Positions 13,255-24,842 of a stretch of DNA of 64,000 bases are shown here, piece by piece. This stretch comes from Octopus sinensis (lineage: Eukaryota). Each line of letters starts with the position of its first letter. The first letter of the stretch is position 1. Below the pieces are notes generated by a model. The model searched no databases and was not told the DNA's origin. It saw only the letters and a list, made by a program, of their open reading frames with translations. The translations under genes were made by a program, and so were the position numbers. The stretch lies in NCBI RefSeq assembly GCF_006345805.1, contig NC_043004.1:48918001-48982000 (forward strand), read 5' to 3'.

Positions 13255-13460
13255 GCGATGAGCTAGAAGAATTGTTGGCACACTGGGCAAAAGTGCATAG
13301 TGCCATTTCTTCCAGCTTTATGTTCTGAGTTCAAATTCTATCGAGGTTGACTTTGACTTTTCATCCTTTCAGGATCGATAAAATAAGCACCAGTCATATA
13401 CTGAGGTTGATAAAATTGACTAACCCCTTCATTTCAGGCTTTTTGCCTGTAGTAAGAAAG
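13255..13460 (+). mobile_element. SINE family 2, strongly decayed
   Basis: Core with CpGs converted (tctatcgaggttgactttgac); a similarly decayed copy lies at about 7940-8190 (-). Confidence 0.6.
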
Positions 13461-13796
13461 GATTATTAAGCTCTCTGAGGATAATTTTCTGTGGAAATGG
13501 TTATAGTTTTATTTAAAACTGGAAAACTTGTGACAGATTTTTAACTGATAAAATTCATGGTACTTTCGCATTTCACACTTTTATAATCTTTTTCTTGCAC
13601 ATGATGCTATTCTGTCTCCCTGAAGTCCTAGATATTTCTTTACCATAAGTTTCAAGTAACTCTAGTATTTTTATATTTCAAGTGTTGTCATAGCATCTGC
13701 ATGAAATTGTAAAATATACAAAAGATTGTATCTTAGATGACATTCGTGAAATAAAGAAAAAATGAATGACTAGTCACTTTATCTATCATTATTCCT

Positions 13797-14075
13797 TCAT
13801 CATCATCATTGTTTAACGTCCGTTTTCCATGCTAGCATGGGTTGGACGGTTTGACCGGGGTCTGGGGAGCCAGGAAGCTGCACCAGGCTCCAGTCTAATC
13901 TGGCAGTGTTTCTACAGCTGGATGCCCTTCCTAATGCCAACCACTCTGTGAGTGTATTGGGTGCTTTTTACGTGCCACCGGCACAGGGCCCAGTGGAGGC
14001 TGGCAAATGGCCATGATCGGTTGGTGCTTTTACGTGTCACTGACACGGACGCCAGTCAGGCGACGCTGGCATCTG
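13797..14075 (-). mobile_element. RTE 3' end (truncated copy)
   Basis: Same tail sequence. Confidence 0.8.
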
Positions 14076-15225
14076 CCATTGAATTCAAAACACAAGGTCA
14101 AAAACTACCAAAAAAGATAAAAACTACCAAAAATTTAAAATTTCACTCACATAAGCACACATTTTATGAAGTTTTTTTTTGTTTTATATTATTCCATGTT
14201 AATGAAACAACATCGAATGAAACTATTTTAAGTGAGAATTGCCTGGAATGGTATTTTCCAAGAAAGAACAAAGTAAACTGGCTCAGGTCTTGTAAATCCA
14301 ATTGATTAGTGTTGTTGTTGTTTGTTCCTTCTCGAGCCATGCCTGGCTCATAAGGGCCGGTTTCCCGGTTTCCTTGGCATATAGGTTCCCCACTTGGACG
14401 GGATGCCGGTCCGTCGCGGGTGAGCTGCAAGATGCAAGAGGAAAGAGTGAGAGAAAGTTGTGGCGAAAGAGTCAGCAGAAGTTTCGCCATTACCTTCTGC
14501 TGGAGCCGCGTGGAGCTTAGGTGTTTCGCTCATAAACATACACATCACCCGGTCTGAGATCCGAACCCACGATTTAACGTTTGTCTTCCATGAGTATATA
14601 TATGCTATATATGTGTATGTAAATGTGTGTGTGTGAAGGCTACTTCACTATATTTTTTATCCACAACCAACATCATTATCTCTTTATTTCTTAATATTTT
14701 GATAAATTAGCTGTTTCAAAGAGATGTACTTGTGAGAGTATTTGTAGCTTTAGGAATGCATTTGTACAACTAAATCTTTAGCTAACATCTTAAAGTGTAG
14801 TTAAAAATACACAAACATACACATGCTTACAAAATTGGTCTACTGAAACCTTGAATTGGCTAATGCCTTATGAGTGGATATTGCTAGTTGGAAACTGTGT
14901 GGAAGCCTTTCATGATGTGTATGCATGTATGATATGTGTGTTTGAGTGTGTCTACATTGTGTGTGAGAATGTGTTTATTACTAGTGAAAAAAAACCAATG
15001 TACTAATCTGCATCCCTTTTTGTCTAAAATGTCTCTTAATGATCCAGCAAAAGGGAGAGATGAGTAAAATAAGAATCACCAGTTCTGCTTACCAAAAGTG
15101 GCCCACTTGGCACTGAGGCCAGTATGAACGACTAAAATCCTTGAAGATGGTGTCCCAGTACAGTTGTATCCAGTGAGTGAAACTAATAAAAGAATATAAG
15201 AATAATAACTTCCATTCTATTTCAG

Positions 15226-15323
15226 ATGGCAGTCTGCTGAGTTTGGATGAAGTTTGGTCTTTAATTCCCTGCCACTATAGAGAGAGATTCTTAGCTGAAC
15301 GGTGGACTTTTATAACACAACAG
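15226..15323 (+). CDS. ATG10: ATG10 internal coding exon (98 nt; (D)GSLLSLDEVWSLIPCHYRERFLAERWTFITQQ)
   Basis: Acceptor ttctatttcAG and donor cag|GTAATG. Translation resembles vertebrate ATG10 DGRPLTLKDIW...WDTITQQ and splices in frame to the next exon. Confidence 0.93.
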
Positions 15324-15530
15324 GTAATGTTACCCAACAAGTCTAAAACTGCATAAAAGATCTTTCGAAAGCTTATTGATTCCAACTCTGCTAGTTGCTG
15401 TTGTTATTGTGTTAATACTTTGACTTGCCTCAACATCCTCATTTAACATCGGTTTTCCATACTAGCATGAGTCAGACTTCACTAACATCTTTAACTCTGT
15501 TACCTACCTACTCCACTATTCATATTTTAA

Positions 15531-16257
15531 CCCTTTCGTTACCATATTTATTTTGAGATGCTCTGTGTTTCTTTCAATTATTTTAAATATAACAAAGAAT
15601 TTAGTAAAATAACTTATTCATCATTAAGCTAGTGTTAGGAACATAAATTGTAACTAAAGTTTGGTGGAAGATTTTAATTCAAAACTTATGAAAACAAGAC
15701 ATTTTTACTACAGAGCCAGAGGCAGTTTCAGCTGGGTTGGTATCAAAAGGGTTAAGAATTGTTTCTCTATTATATATTTTATCCTTTATGTTACCATATT
15801 TCTGTTGAGATGCTCTGTATTTCTTTCAACTAATTTTCAAGATAACAAAGAATTTAGTAAAATAACTTATTTATCATTAATCTAGTGTTAGGAACATAAA
15901 TTGTAACTAAGGTTTGGTGGAAGATTTTAATTCAAAACTTATGAAAACAAGACATTTGTACTAAAGAGCCAGAGTCAGTTTCAGCCGGGTTGATATCAAA
16001 AGGGTTAAAAATTGTTTCTCTATTATATATTTTAACCCTTTCGTTACCATATTTCTGTTGAGATGCTCTGTATTTCTTTCAATTAATTTTCAAGATAACA
16101 AAGAATTTAGTAAAATAACTTATTTATCATTAATCTAGTGTTAGGAACATAAATTGTGACTAAAGTTTGGTGGAAGATTTTAATTCAAAACTTATGAAAA
16201 CAAGACATTTGTACTACAGAGCCAGAGGCAGTTTCAGCCGTGTTGGTAACGAAAGGG
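15531..16257. mobile_element. Three tandem copies of piggyBac MITE family A in the ATG10 intron
   Basis: Units at about 15531-15751, 15785-16004 and 16036-16257, separated by the same short spacer (aattgtttctctattatatatt); period about 253 bp. Confidence 0.85.
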
Positions 16258-16552
16258 TTAAATCCTTGTTCTTGGTTTCACTTGTCATCCCTTCCATCAA
16301 GGTTACATGTCAGTTTAACTTCATCTTTCATTTTGCAAACATCATCAGTAGAGCATAAACCTGGAGCCATGATATATCTCAATTAATCGTTTCATTCATA
16401 ATACAACTCACCTGGCAGTTGCACTGTGAATGCACCCTTCATCATTCAGTGTGCAACTCAAGTCTAATTCATTATTGTTAGCACATACATTGGCTTCTTT
16501 CAATTACAATCTTCAATGAAAACATCAATATTGGTTTATTTCTATTTTCTAG

Positions 16553-16641
16553 GAACACCCTATTGTCCATCGACCATATTTCTACCTTCATCCCTGTCAC
16601 ACATCTGATTTGATGAAGAATATTGAACTCAAAGACAAAAG
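16553..16641 (+). CDS. ATG10: ATG10 coding exon with catalytic Cys (89 nt; [29 protein letters not shown](R))
   Basis: Acceptor tctattttctAG and donor ag|GTGAGT. The EHP...HPC motif is the ATG10/ATG3 active-site signature. Splice phases are consistent with both neighbouring exons. Confidence 0.95.
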
Positions 16642-16739
16642 GTGAGTATATTATGACATCTAAAGACATGTATAGTGAAAAGCAGCAGCCCCTACTGCTA
16701 CTGCTGCTGCTGTTGCTTGCCTGGATCAAATGAGTGCAT

Positions 16740-17130
16740 TACTTGTTTCAGTCATTTGACTGTGACCATGCTGGAGCACCGCATTTAGTCGAGCAAATCA
16801 ACCCCAGGACTTATTCTTTGTAAGCCTAGTACTTATTCTATCGGTCACTTTTGCTGAACCGCTAAGTTACGGGGACGTAAACACACCAGCATCGGTTGTC
16901 AAGCGATGTTGGGCGGACAAACACAGACACACAAATGAATACATACACACACATACATATATATACATATATACGACAGGGTGCTTTCAGTTTCCATCTA
17001 CCAAATCCACTCACAAGTCTTTGGTCGGCCTGAGGCTATAGTAGAAGACACTTGCACAAGGTGCCACACAGTTGGATTGAACCTGGAACCATGTGGTTGG
17101 TAAGCAAGCTACTTACCACACAGCCACTCC
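16740..17130 (-). mobile_element. SINE family 1
   Basis: Reverse complement copy starting about 100 nt after the ATG10 16641 donor. Confidence 0.85.
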
Positions 17131-17350
17131 TTTACAGCCAGATGCCCTTCCTGCCTCTTGCTCCCACCCCATCTGTTTCTGCCTATCAAACAGCAAAAAG
17201 TATGCATGGAGAATAAAAAAACCTTTGTTTACAAAAGTTGTGCAACTTGTCAAGAAGTCCAGACATGCTTTTGCCATGGACTGCTTGCATACAGTACCAT
17301 CCGCATGAGCAGTGAACTATATGAAGATGAGGAGAAATATAGACTCACTT

Positions 17351-17423
<73 letters not shown>

Positions 17424-17439
17424 TATATACATGTATATC

Positions 17440-17640
17440 ATCATCATTTAAGATTTGTTTTCCATGTTTGTATGGGTTGGATGGCCTGAGATGAGCTGGC
17501 AAGCTAGATGGCTGCACTTAGCTCCAATTACCTGTTTTGGCATGATTTCTATGGTTGGATGACGTTCCTAACACCAACCACTTTACAGAGTGTACTGGGT
17601 GCTTTTTCTGTGGCACCAGCACCAGTAGGGTCACCAAATA
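17440..17640 (-). mobile_element. Diverged RTE 3' end
   Basis: Decayed version of the same tail (ggatgacgttcctaacaccaaccac). Confidence 0.6.
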
Positions 17641-18379
17641 GCTTGTAAAATAAAGCCCTCTCAGCTGAGATGTGGAGTGGAACCAAAGTAGGTGGTTCTG
17701 TACCAGGCAAGAGCTCAGAGTTTAACAGGGGGATATAGTTGTTTTATTCTAGAGGGGATACTTGCTACCCCAGTAGGACAAGTAATAACAGGAAGGGGAG
17801 AGCTAGAAAGAAAGCTGGAGAGACAGTCAGAGTGAGAGAGAGAGAGAAATAGATGGTGTTGGAGATGTATTGGGCTCTACCCACAGGGAACAGTGAGGTG
17901 GGGGTTTAAGTAGTTCAGAGGAGACAGGGGCATGTTCCATAAGAGTGTGAGGAGAGATGTTTATAGATGGTGATGGTGAGGGCATCTGGCTGTAAAGGAG
18001 TGGCTGTGTGGTAAGTAGCTTGCTTACCAACCACATGGTTCCAGGTTCGGTCCCACTGGGTGGCACCTTGGGCAAGTGACTTCTGCTATAGCCTCGGGCC
18101 GACCAAATTGTAGCAAGTGATGGTGAGAGAAATTGGAGTGGCTGGGGATGGGGTAAGGAAGAATGGGAAGGCAAGGAGAGTGTGCAGATAGGCATGTGAG
18201 GGAGAGTAGAAGAGCCTGCAGCAGGTGGGGGGGAGGGGGTATTAGGAAGATGGCTTGTGGAAGAATTTTGACAGAGGACAGATTACATGTGTGTGTGTGA
18301 GTGGGGAGGGCATGGCCATAAAGTACAGCCACTATTTTACATAGCTTGATGTGTCTTCTCAAGCACAGCAAATCACCTG

Positions 18380-19380
18380 AAGTCTTGATCCCTTGCCATC
18401 TCCTCTGTGAGGCTCAACAGCTGAAGATCATCTCTCACCACTTCATGCCATGTCTTTCTGGTCTGCACCTTCCATAGTTTCCCTCCACAATTAGAGGCTA
18501 GGACTGCTTTGTGCAGCTATCTTCATCCATATGCATCACATGACCACACCTGCTCAGTTTTCTCTCTTGCACACAGCATCTGATGTCTCTTATACCCAAT
18601 TTTACTCTTAAATCATTTACACTGTGTCATACAGTCATACATGCACTGTAACATTACCATCTAGCAGAGCAGGCTGGCTTCATTTCTTTCAAGCCTTTGC
18701 ATGTCCTCTGTTGTCACAGCCTGTATTTCATTACCATTTAGAAAAGCAGTTTGTATACAGACATCATACAATCTGCCTTTCACTCTGAGAGAGAGAGAGG
18801 CCCATTGTCACCAACAAATGCAGTAGTTCTCTGAACTTTGCCCAGCCCATTCTTATTCTAGCAATTATGCTTTCAGAGCATCCTCCTCCTCTGCCAACTT
18901 GGTCACTCAGGTAATGGAAACTATCATGTACTTCTAAAGATTCCTCCTTGACATTTGAGGAAGTGTATTTTCTGTACATTCCTAGTGTTTATTGTACCTT
19001 CATATCTGCTACACACAAAGACTACTTTCTCCGTTAACCTTCTTCTGATACTGCTGCACCTCTTATTTGTCCTTAGCTTGACTAGGTACACCATATGGGA
19101 TTTCTTCCTACACCTTTTCTACATATCAAGAAGGGCTGTCTCTTTGAAGGGAATAGTAATGCTTTCCTACTTACCAAAATTTTGGTCTTTGCTAAAACTA
19201 CCTCTAAGGCCTTCTGATTCCAGACCTTGCTTCCACATCTGAAATTTATTCTCTAATTCTGGTAGTGATTCAGCTATAAGAACAAGGCAATCAGCATAGA
19301 AGAGCTCCAAAGGACAACCAGTCTTAAATTCCTCCGTTATGGCCTGGAGGACTATGGGGACTAACACGAAGGGGCTCAGA
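18380..19380 (-). mobile_element. Degenerate RTE ORF2 fragment (RT domain to C-terminus)
   Basis: QAITEEFKTGCPLELFYADCLVLIAESL (YADD-like) and DSFHYLSDQV...ARIRMGWAKFRELL, with frameshifts and stops. Confidence 0.85.
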
Positions 19381-19418
19381 ACTTATCCTTGGTGATTTCC
19401 TCAGCCTTCTCTTGTTTA

Positions 19419-19456
<38 letters not shown>

Positions 19457-19730
19457 TTATATATACACAATGAGTTTCATTCAGTTTCCATCTACTAAAT
19501 CAATTCTCAGGGCTTTGTTAGACCTAGGACTATAGTAAAACACTTTGCTAAGGTGTCATGCAGTGGGACTGGACTTCACATATGAATATTTCCTGAATAT
19601 AAAACAGTTGACTTTTACATCTGATATTTCACATACAACAAACATAGCTGAAAATACAAAAGATTTCTAATTTAAGAAAGTCTCTCAACTGGGACCCATT
19701 GTTACAAAATGAATAAACAGAGTGAAGGCG

Positions 19731-20146
19731 TAGGAGTGGCTGTGTGGTAAGTAGCTTGCTAACCAACCACATGGTTCCGGGTTCAGTCCCACTGCGTGGC
19801 ATGTTGGGCAAGTGTCTTCTGCTATAGCCCCGGGCCGACCAATGCCTTGTGAGTGGATTTGGCAGACAGAAACTGAAAGAAGCCCGTCGTATATATGTAT
19901 ATATATATATATATGTGTGTGTATGTGTGTGTATTTGTGTGTCTGTGTTTGTCCCCCTAGCATTGCTTGACAACCGATGCTGGTGTGTTTATGTCCCCGT
20001 TACTTAGCGGTTCGGCAAAAGAGACCGATAGAATAAGTACTGGGTTTACAAAAGAATAAGTCCCAGGGTCGAGTTGCTCGATTAAAGGCGGTGCTCCAGC
20101 ATGGCCGCAGTCAAATAACTGAAACAAGTAAAATAGTAAATAGTAA
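19731..20146 (+). mobile_element. SINE family 1
   Basis: Full-length, close to consensus. Confidence 0.85.
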
Positions 20147-20826
20147 GTGGACAGCTACATCTATCTCTGAGACAAAATGCTAAAAATCCTCTTATAATCA
20201 ACATGAAACATTAATGATATCAAAGAAGAGAATAAAATAGCTATTTCTTACACAAGATCAGGCCTGTAATTTGGGGGAGGAGTTAGCTTGTTAAATTCTT
20301 GTATGAGCCTTGGAAAGATGCAAAGCAGAACTATCTTTGATGGGTTTTAAACTCACAGGGTGTAGGGCTCTAACTAATTAATACAGGAATTTTTGTCCAA
20401 TGCCTTATGATTTTGCCAGTCCATCAATCTTAAGAGAATAAAATATTTATGATAAATGTTGTACCATCACTCAATATTTTAGGGGTCACTTGAAAGATGG
20501 GGGCTCAGTTCTAAATGTATGACAGTGGAAAAGAGAGATAAAACTTCCATCTGGATAGAATTCCAATTTCTTGCAGGTATTTCTCCAATAATCAGCTTCA
20601 TATTGCTAATACTTGCCTTAATTGAAATATTATTGTAGAATAAAAAAAAAACAAAAATGGATGTGAACTCATGTCTCTTGAGAAGCTGCAGAAGTCATAG
20701 AATGTAAATAATGTTGGGTAGTGAAAAGTCCAAAGTTCTGAGTTATTGTCCATCAAAGGTGTTGTTACCAATTGGCCAGCAATACCTTTGCCTTTCTGTA
20801 ACCTCTGTTGGTAGTAGGACCGTTAA

Positions 20827-22019
20827 TCCTTTAGCATTTAACCAGCCATGTCAGGCCCCAATATTCTACCTGTTGTATGTCCAAACCAACCAGTTCTGGC
20901 CTCTCACACCTGCCTTAGAATGTCATTCTAAAAATAAACAATCAAATCATTGAAATTTCAAAGCTACAAGATAATGCATGATTAATTCAAAACAATGTGA
21001 ATCAGCCATGCTACATGGCAGTGAAACATGGGCCGTGACTGCTGAGGATATGCGTAAGCTCGCAAGAAATGAAGCCAGTATGCTCCGATGGATGTGTAAT
21101 GTCAGTGTTCATACTCGACAGAGTGTAAGTACCTTGAGAGAGAAGTTGGACCTAAGAAGCATCAGTTGCTGTGTGCAAGAGAGACGTTTGCACTGGTATG
21201 GCCATGTGGCGAGAATGGATGAAGATAGTTGTGTGAAAAAGTGCCACACCCTAGCTGTTGAGGGAACCTGTGGAAGAGGTAGACCCAGGAAAACCTGGGA
21301 TGAGGTGGTGAAGCACGACCTTCGAACTTTAGGTCTCACCGAGGAAATGACTTGAGACCGAGCCCTTTGGAAGTATGCTGTGCGTGAGAAGACCCGGCAG
21401 GACAAGTGAGACCATAACCCATGGCCTCAGTCCACTTATGCATACCTTTCCTTCTTGGGATACAAAACTCTACTTGTGAAGACCTGTTGAGGCAAGTGAA
21501 AATCAAAAAATCAAAAATCAAAATCGATCAACATGAATGGAAATTGTAACTGTGATACCAGTGCCGGTGGCACATAAGAGAACCATCCGAATGTGGCCGT
21601 TGCCAGCGCTGCCCTGACTGGCTTCCATGCCGGTGGCACGTAAAAAGCACCATCCTATCGTGGCTGTTGCCAGCCTCGCCTAGTCTCCGTGCCGGTGGAA
21701 CGTAAAAAGTACCATCCGATTGTGGCTGTTTGCTGGCCTCTGTGCCGGTGACACGTAAAAAGCACCATCCGACCGTGGCCATTTGCCAGCTTTGTCTGGC
21801 ATCTATGCCAGTGGCATGTAAAAAGCACCCACTACACTCATGGAGTGGTTGGCGTTAGGAAGGGCATCCAGCCGTAGAAACATTGCCAGATCAGACTGGG
21901 CCTGGTGCAGCCTTCTGGCTTCCCAGACCCCAGTTGCACCATCCAACCCATGCCAGCATGGAAAGCGGACGCTAAACGATGATGATGATGATGAATGTGA
22001 ATAAATAAGCATTAAAGGG
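20827..22019. mobile_element. piggyBac MITE family B split by an RTE LINE insertion
   Basis: TTAA at 20823-20826 and 22020-22023; body similar to the 6837-7056 copy. Confidence 0.8.
21003..21993 (+). mobile_element. 5'-truncated RTE-clade LINE (ORF2 C-terminus, 3'UTR with minisatellite, (GAT)n tail)
   Basis: AMLHGSETWA...MLRWMC...RRLHWYGHVARM...GRGRPRKTW is the RTE ORF2 C-terminal signature. 9-bp TSD AATGTGAAT at 20994-21002 and 21994-22002. Confidence 0.92.
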
Positions 22020-22360
22020 TTAAATATTAAACCTTTTCACTCTTCATGGCCAGCAAATATATTGATATTCTACTCTATGAATTCTATTTTGGATTAATTG
22101 TTGCTGCTGATAAATCCATAAATTTCCCTACAATTTCAGACTGAAACTCTCTCCTCAAGCAGGTGGTTCATTACTTTATACATGCTACCGTTTTATTATT
22201 TTCTATTAAATAAACAGACACAAGATGAAAAGAAAGTAATTCCAGGAAACTTTGCAGTTTTACCTCCTTCCTACTCTCCCTTTTAAGATACATTTATGGA
22301 TCAATGAAAGGGAAAAAAAAAAAAACCTATTAAATGATCATAAAACTGAGACACATTTCA

Positions 22361-22394
<34 letters not shown>

Positions 22395-22737
22395 ACAATT
22401 CAGTCCTATTGACCAGATGTAGTTTAATACTTTCAACATATTACTTACTTGTCATGGAACTCTTATTAAAAAGAAAATTACGATACCTTGTTCTTTGCTA
22501 AAACAATATCTGCAACAGGTGGTGAATCACAGTATTGCCTATATACTGCATGTCTAACCATCCACTATATATCTCTACCATTCTCTTCATATAAGTAGGT
22601 ATTGCTATTGATCATTTGATCATTTCTGTGCATCAAGATGTATATGTGTCTCTCAGTGTATCTTAGGATCTGCTATTCTCTAGGTATATTTGGGTATGTA
22701 TGATATTGTCATTAGTTAATAATTATCAGCTGATAAT

Positions 22738-22970
22738 TAAGCTATACAACTGTCATTAAGTTATGATTACACTTTACAACTGTCATTAGCTGAATGATTG
22801 TACTATACTACTTTCATTAAGTAATAACTAGATCGTACAACTATCATTAAGTAATGACTGCACTGCACATCTTTCATTAAGTAATGATTACACTTTACAA
22901 CTGTCATTAGCTGAATGATTATATTATATTACTGTTATTAGTTGGTAACTACACTGTACTGCTTTCAATG
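22738..22970. repeat. Degenerate 30-31-bp minisatellite (about 7-8 units)
   Basis: TCATTA core at 22753, 22783, 22814, 22844, 22874 and 22904. Confidence 0.8.
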
Positions 22971-23229
22971 GGCGATAATGAAACATCAAGAGCATTGCTA
23001 ATATAAGTTTGTCATGGCAGAGAAATTCTCACTTGAGACAAAAGCTCAGAGTGCTGTCAATGGGACTGATGGATGCATGCATTTTGAACTCTTATTTCTC
23101 ATCAGTACCAGATACCAAAAGAGAAGTAACTCTGAGTCACTGGGAAGCAGAGCTTCTCTTACAAAGAAATCATTCAAAACTATCAACTGATGGAATGCAT
23201 CAGCTGCCAGATTGGAATAAATTTGTGGC

Positions 23230-23923
23230 GCTGGTATGGTCATGTGGCAAGAATGGATGAAGATAGTTGTGTGAAAAAGTGCCACACCCTAGCGGTTGAG
23301 GGAACCTGTGGAAGAGGTAGACCCAGAAAAACCTGGGACAAGGTGGTGAAGCACGACCTTCGAACTTTAGGTCTCACCGAGGAAATGACTAGAGACTGAG
23401 ACCTTTGGAAGTATTCTGTGCGTGGGAAGATCCGGCAGGACAAGTGAGACCATAACCCATGGCCTCTACCTGGGATGTAGCCAGTCCACTTATGCATACT
23501 TTTCGTTCTTGGGACACAAAACTCTACTTGTGAAGACCTGTTGAGGCAAGTGAAAATCGAAATCGATCAATATCAATGGAAATTGCAGTTGTGATACCAG
23601 TGCCGGTGGCATGTAAGAGAACCATCCGAACGTGGCCATTGCCAGCGCCGCCCCGACTGGCCTCCGTGCCGGTGGCACGTAAAAAGCACCATCCAATAGT
23701 GGCCGTTTGCCAGCCTCGTCTGGCACCTGTGCTGGTGGCACGTAAAAAGCACCCACTACACTCACGGAGTGGTTGGCATTAGGAAGGGCATCCAGCTGTA
23801 GAAACACTGCCAGATCAGACTGGGCCTGGTGCAGCCTCCTGGCTTCCCAGACCCCAGTTGAATCGTCGAACCCATGCTAGCATGGAAAGTGGACGTTAAA
23901 CGATGATGATGATGATGATGATG
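23230..23923 (+). mobile_element. 5'-truncated RTE LINE (same family)
   Basis: RWYGHVARMDEDSCVKKCH...GRPRKTW, near-identical to the 21003 copy, with (GAT)n tail. Confidence 0.9.
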
Positions 23924-24142
23924 TATGAAACAGCGACTGTGGGTAAGCAAATTTAATACATGTTCAGATGTTTGGCGGACAATGGTGCTTTATACTTTTG
24001 TCTCTCAAGTGACAATTTTTTTCTCCATGGCAAACTGCAGTGAAAAGCCTTTCACTAATTCAAATATCTCTCAAACATATTTGAACTGGTTTCAAGGTTG
24101 TTCACTCTCAGTCTCTGCTTCATGCATCTACTTACAAGTAGG

Positions 24143-24149
24143 TACTAAC
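24143..24149 (+). promoter_or_regulatory. Consensus branch point TACTAAC of the last ATG10 intron
   Basis: Perfect TACTAAC about 25 nt upstream of the 24173-24174 AG acceptor. Confidence 0.7.
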
Positions 24150-24174
24150 GTTTGTTTAATCATTGTTTTTGCAG

Positions 24175-24268
24175 GAATTACATCTTGTCATGGCTGAGTG
24201 CTGTTGGTCCAGTTGTTCGACTTGAGCTTCCACTTTCTTATGGTTTATCTTTTGATCCTTCTGACTGA
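24175..24268 (+). CDS. ATG10: ATG10 last coding exon ((R)NYILSWLSAVGPVVRLELPLSYGLSFDPSD*)
   Basis: Acceptor ttgtttttgcAG with phase-2 join AG+G=Arg. Matches the ATG10 C-terminal NYITSWLSIVGPVVGLNLPLSY motif. TGA at 24266-24268. Confidence 0.95.
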
Positions 24269-24384
24269 AAACTCTTAAAAGAGAAGCATCGAAACAATTA
24301 ATTTTCCTTATTTTATTTAGTTATTTCATTTATGAAATTTATTCTTGATCTCTGCTATTGTTTGATTTTATTTAAAACTTCTGA

Positions 24385-24390
24385 AATAAA
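24385..24390 (+). promoter_or_regulatory. Candidate ATG10 polyadenylation signal AATAAA
   Basis: First AATAAA, about 117 nt after the ATG10 stop codon. Confidence 0.45.
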
Positions 24391-24394
24391 TTTG

Positions 24395-24842
24395 ATCAAT
24401 TCCACTGTCATTACACAAGAATTTTTGTGCAAAAGTTGGTTTAATCACTCTTCATCAAACTCAACTGGACGGCCAGAACGAGGTACGTCTTTGAGGTCAA
24501 AATTTCCATTTTTGAACTTGGCATACCAATCAAAAGCGGTTCTTTCAGCTATGGCACCCTCTCCATACACAGCACAAATAGCATGAGCAGCTTTTGCGGC
24601 CTTAGAACCTTGATTAAAAGCAAAAAGGAGGTGTCGAAAATACTCGTTTTTCTTAACTTGACATTCCATTTCAATGATCTGAAAATAAACAAAAACTAAC
24701 TAAAATTAACTAGAAAAAAAAATCAAAATACATTCCAAAATGATTCAAAAATAGAATTCTCGAAAAAAATAGATTCCAAAATTCAAAAACGCAATAAATT
24801 CCAAAATTTAAAAAAATGGTGGGAACTTAGTTGCCAACCCAA
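24395..24842 (-). mobile_element. Mariner transposon 5' fragment (transposase N-terminal HTH)
   Basis: MECQVKKNEYFRHLLFAFNQGSKAAKAAHAICAVYG...WYAKFKNGNFDLKDVPRSGRP; TIR TA|TTGGGTTGGCAACTAAGTTCC at about 24822-24844. Confidence 0.9.

Noticed and set aside
20978-21355. 125-aa ORF as a host gene
   Set aside because: It is a chimera: the first codons come from piggyBac MITE B and its TSD, and the rest is truncated RTE ORF2.
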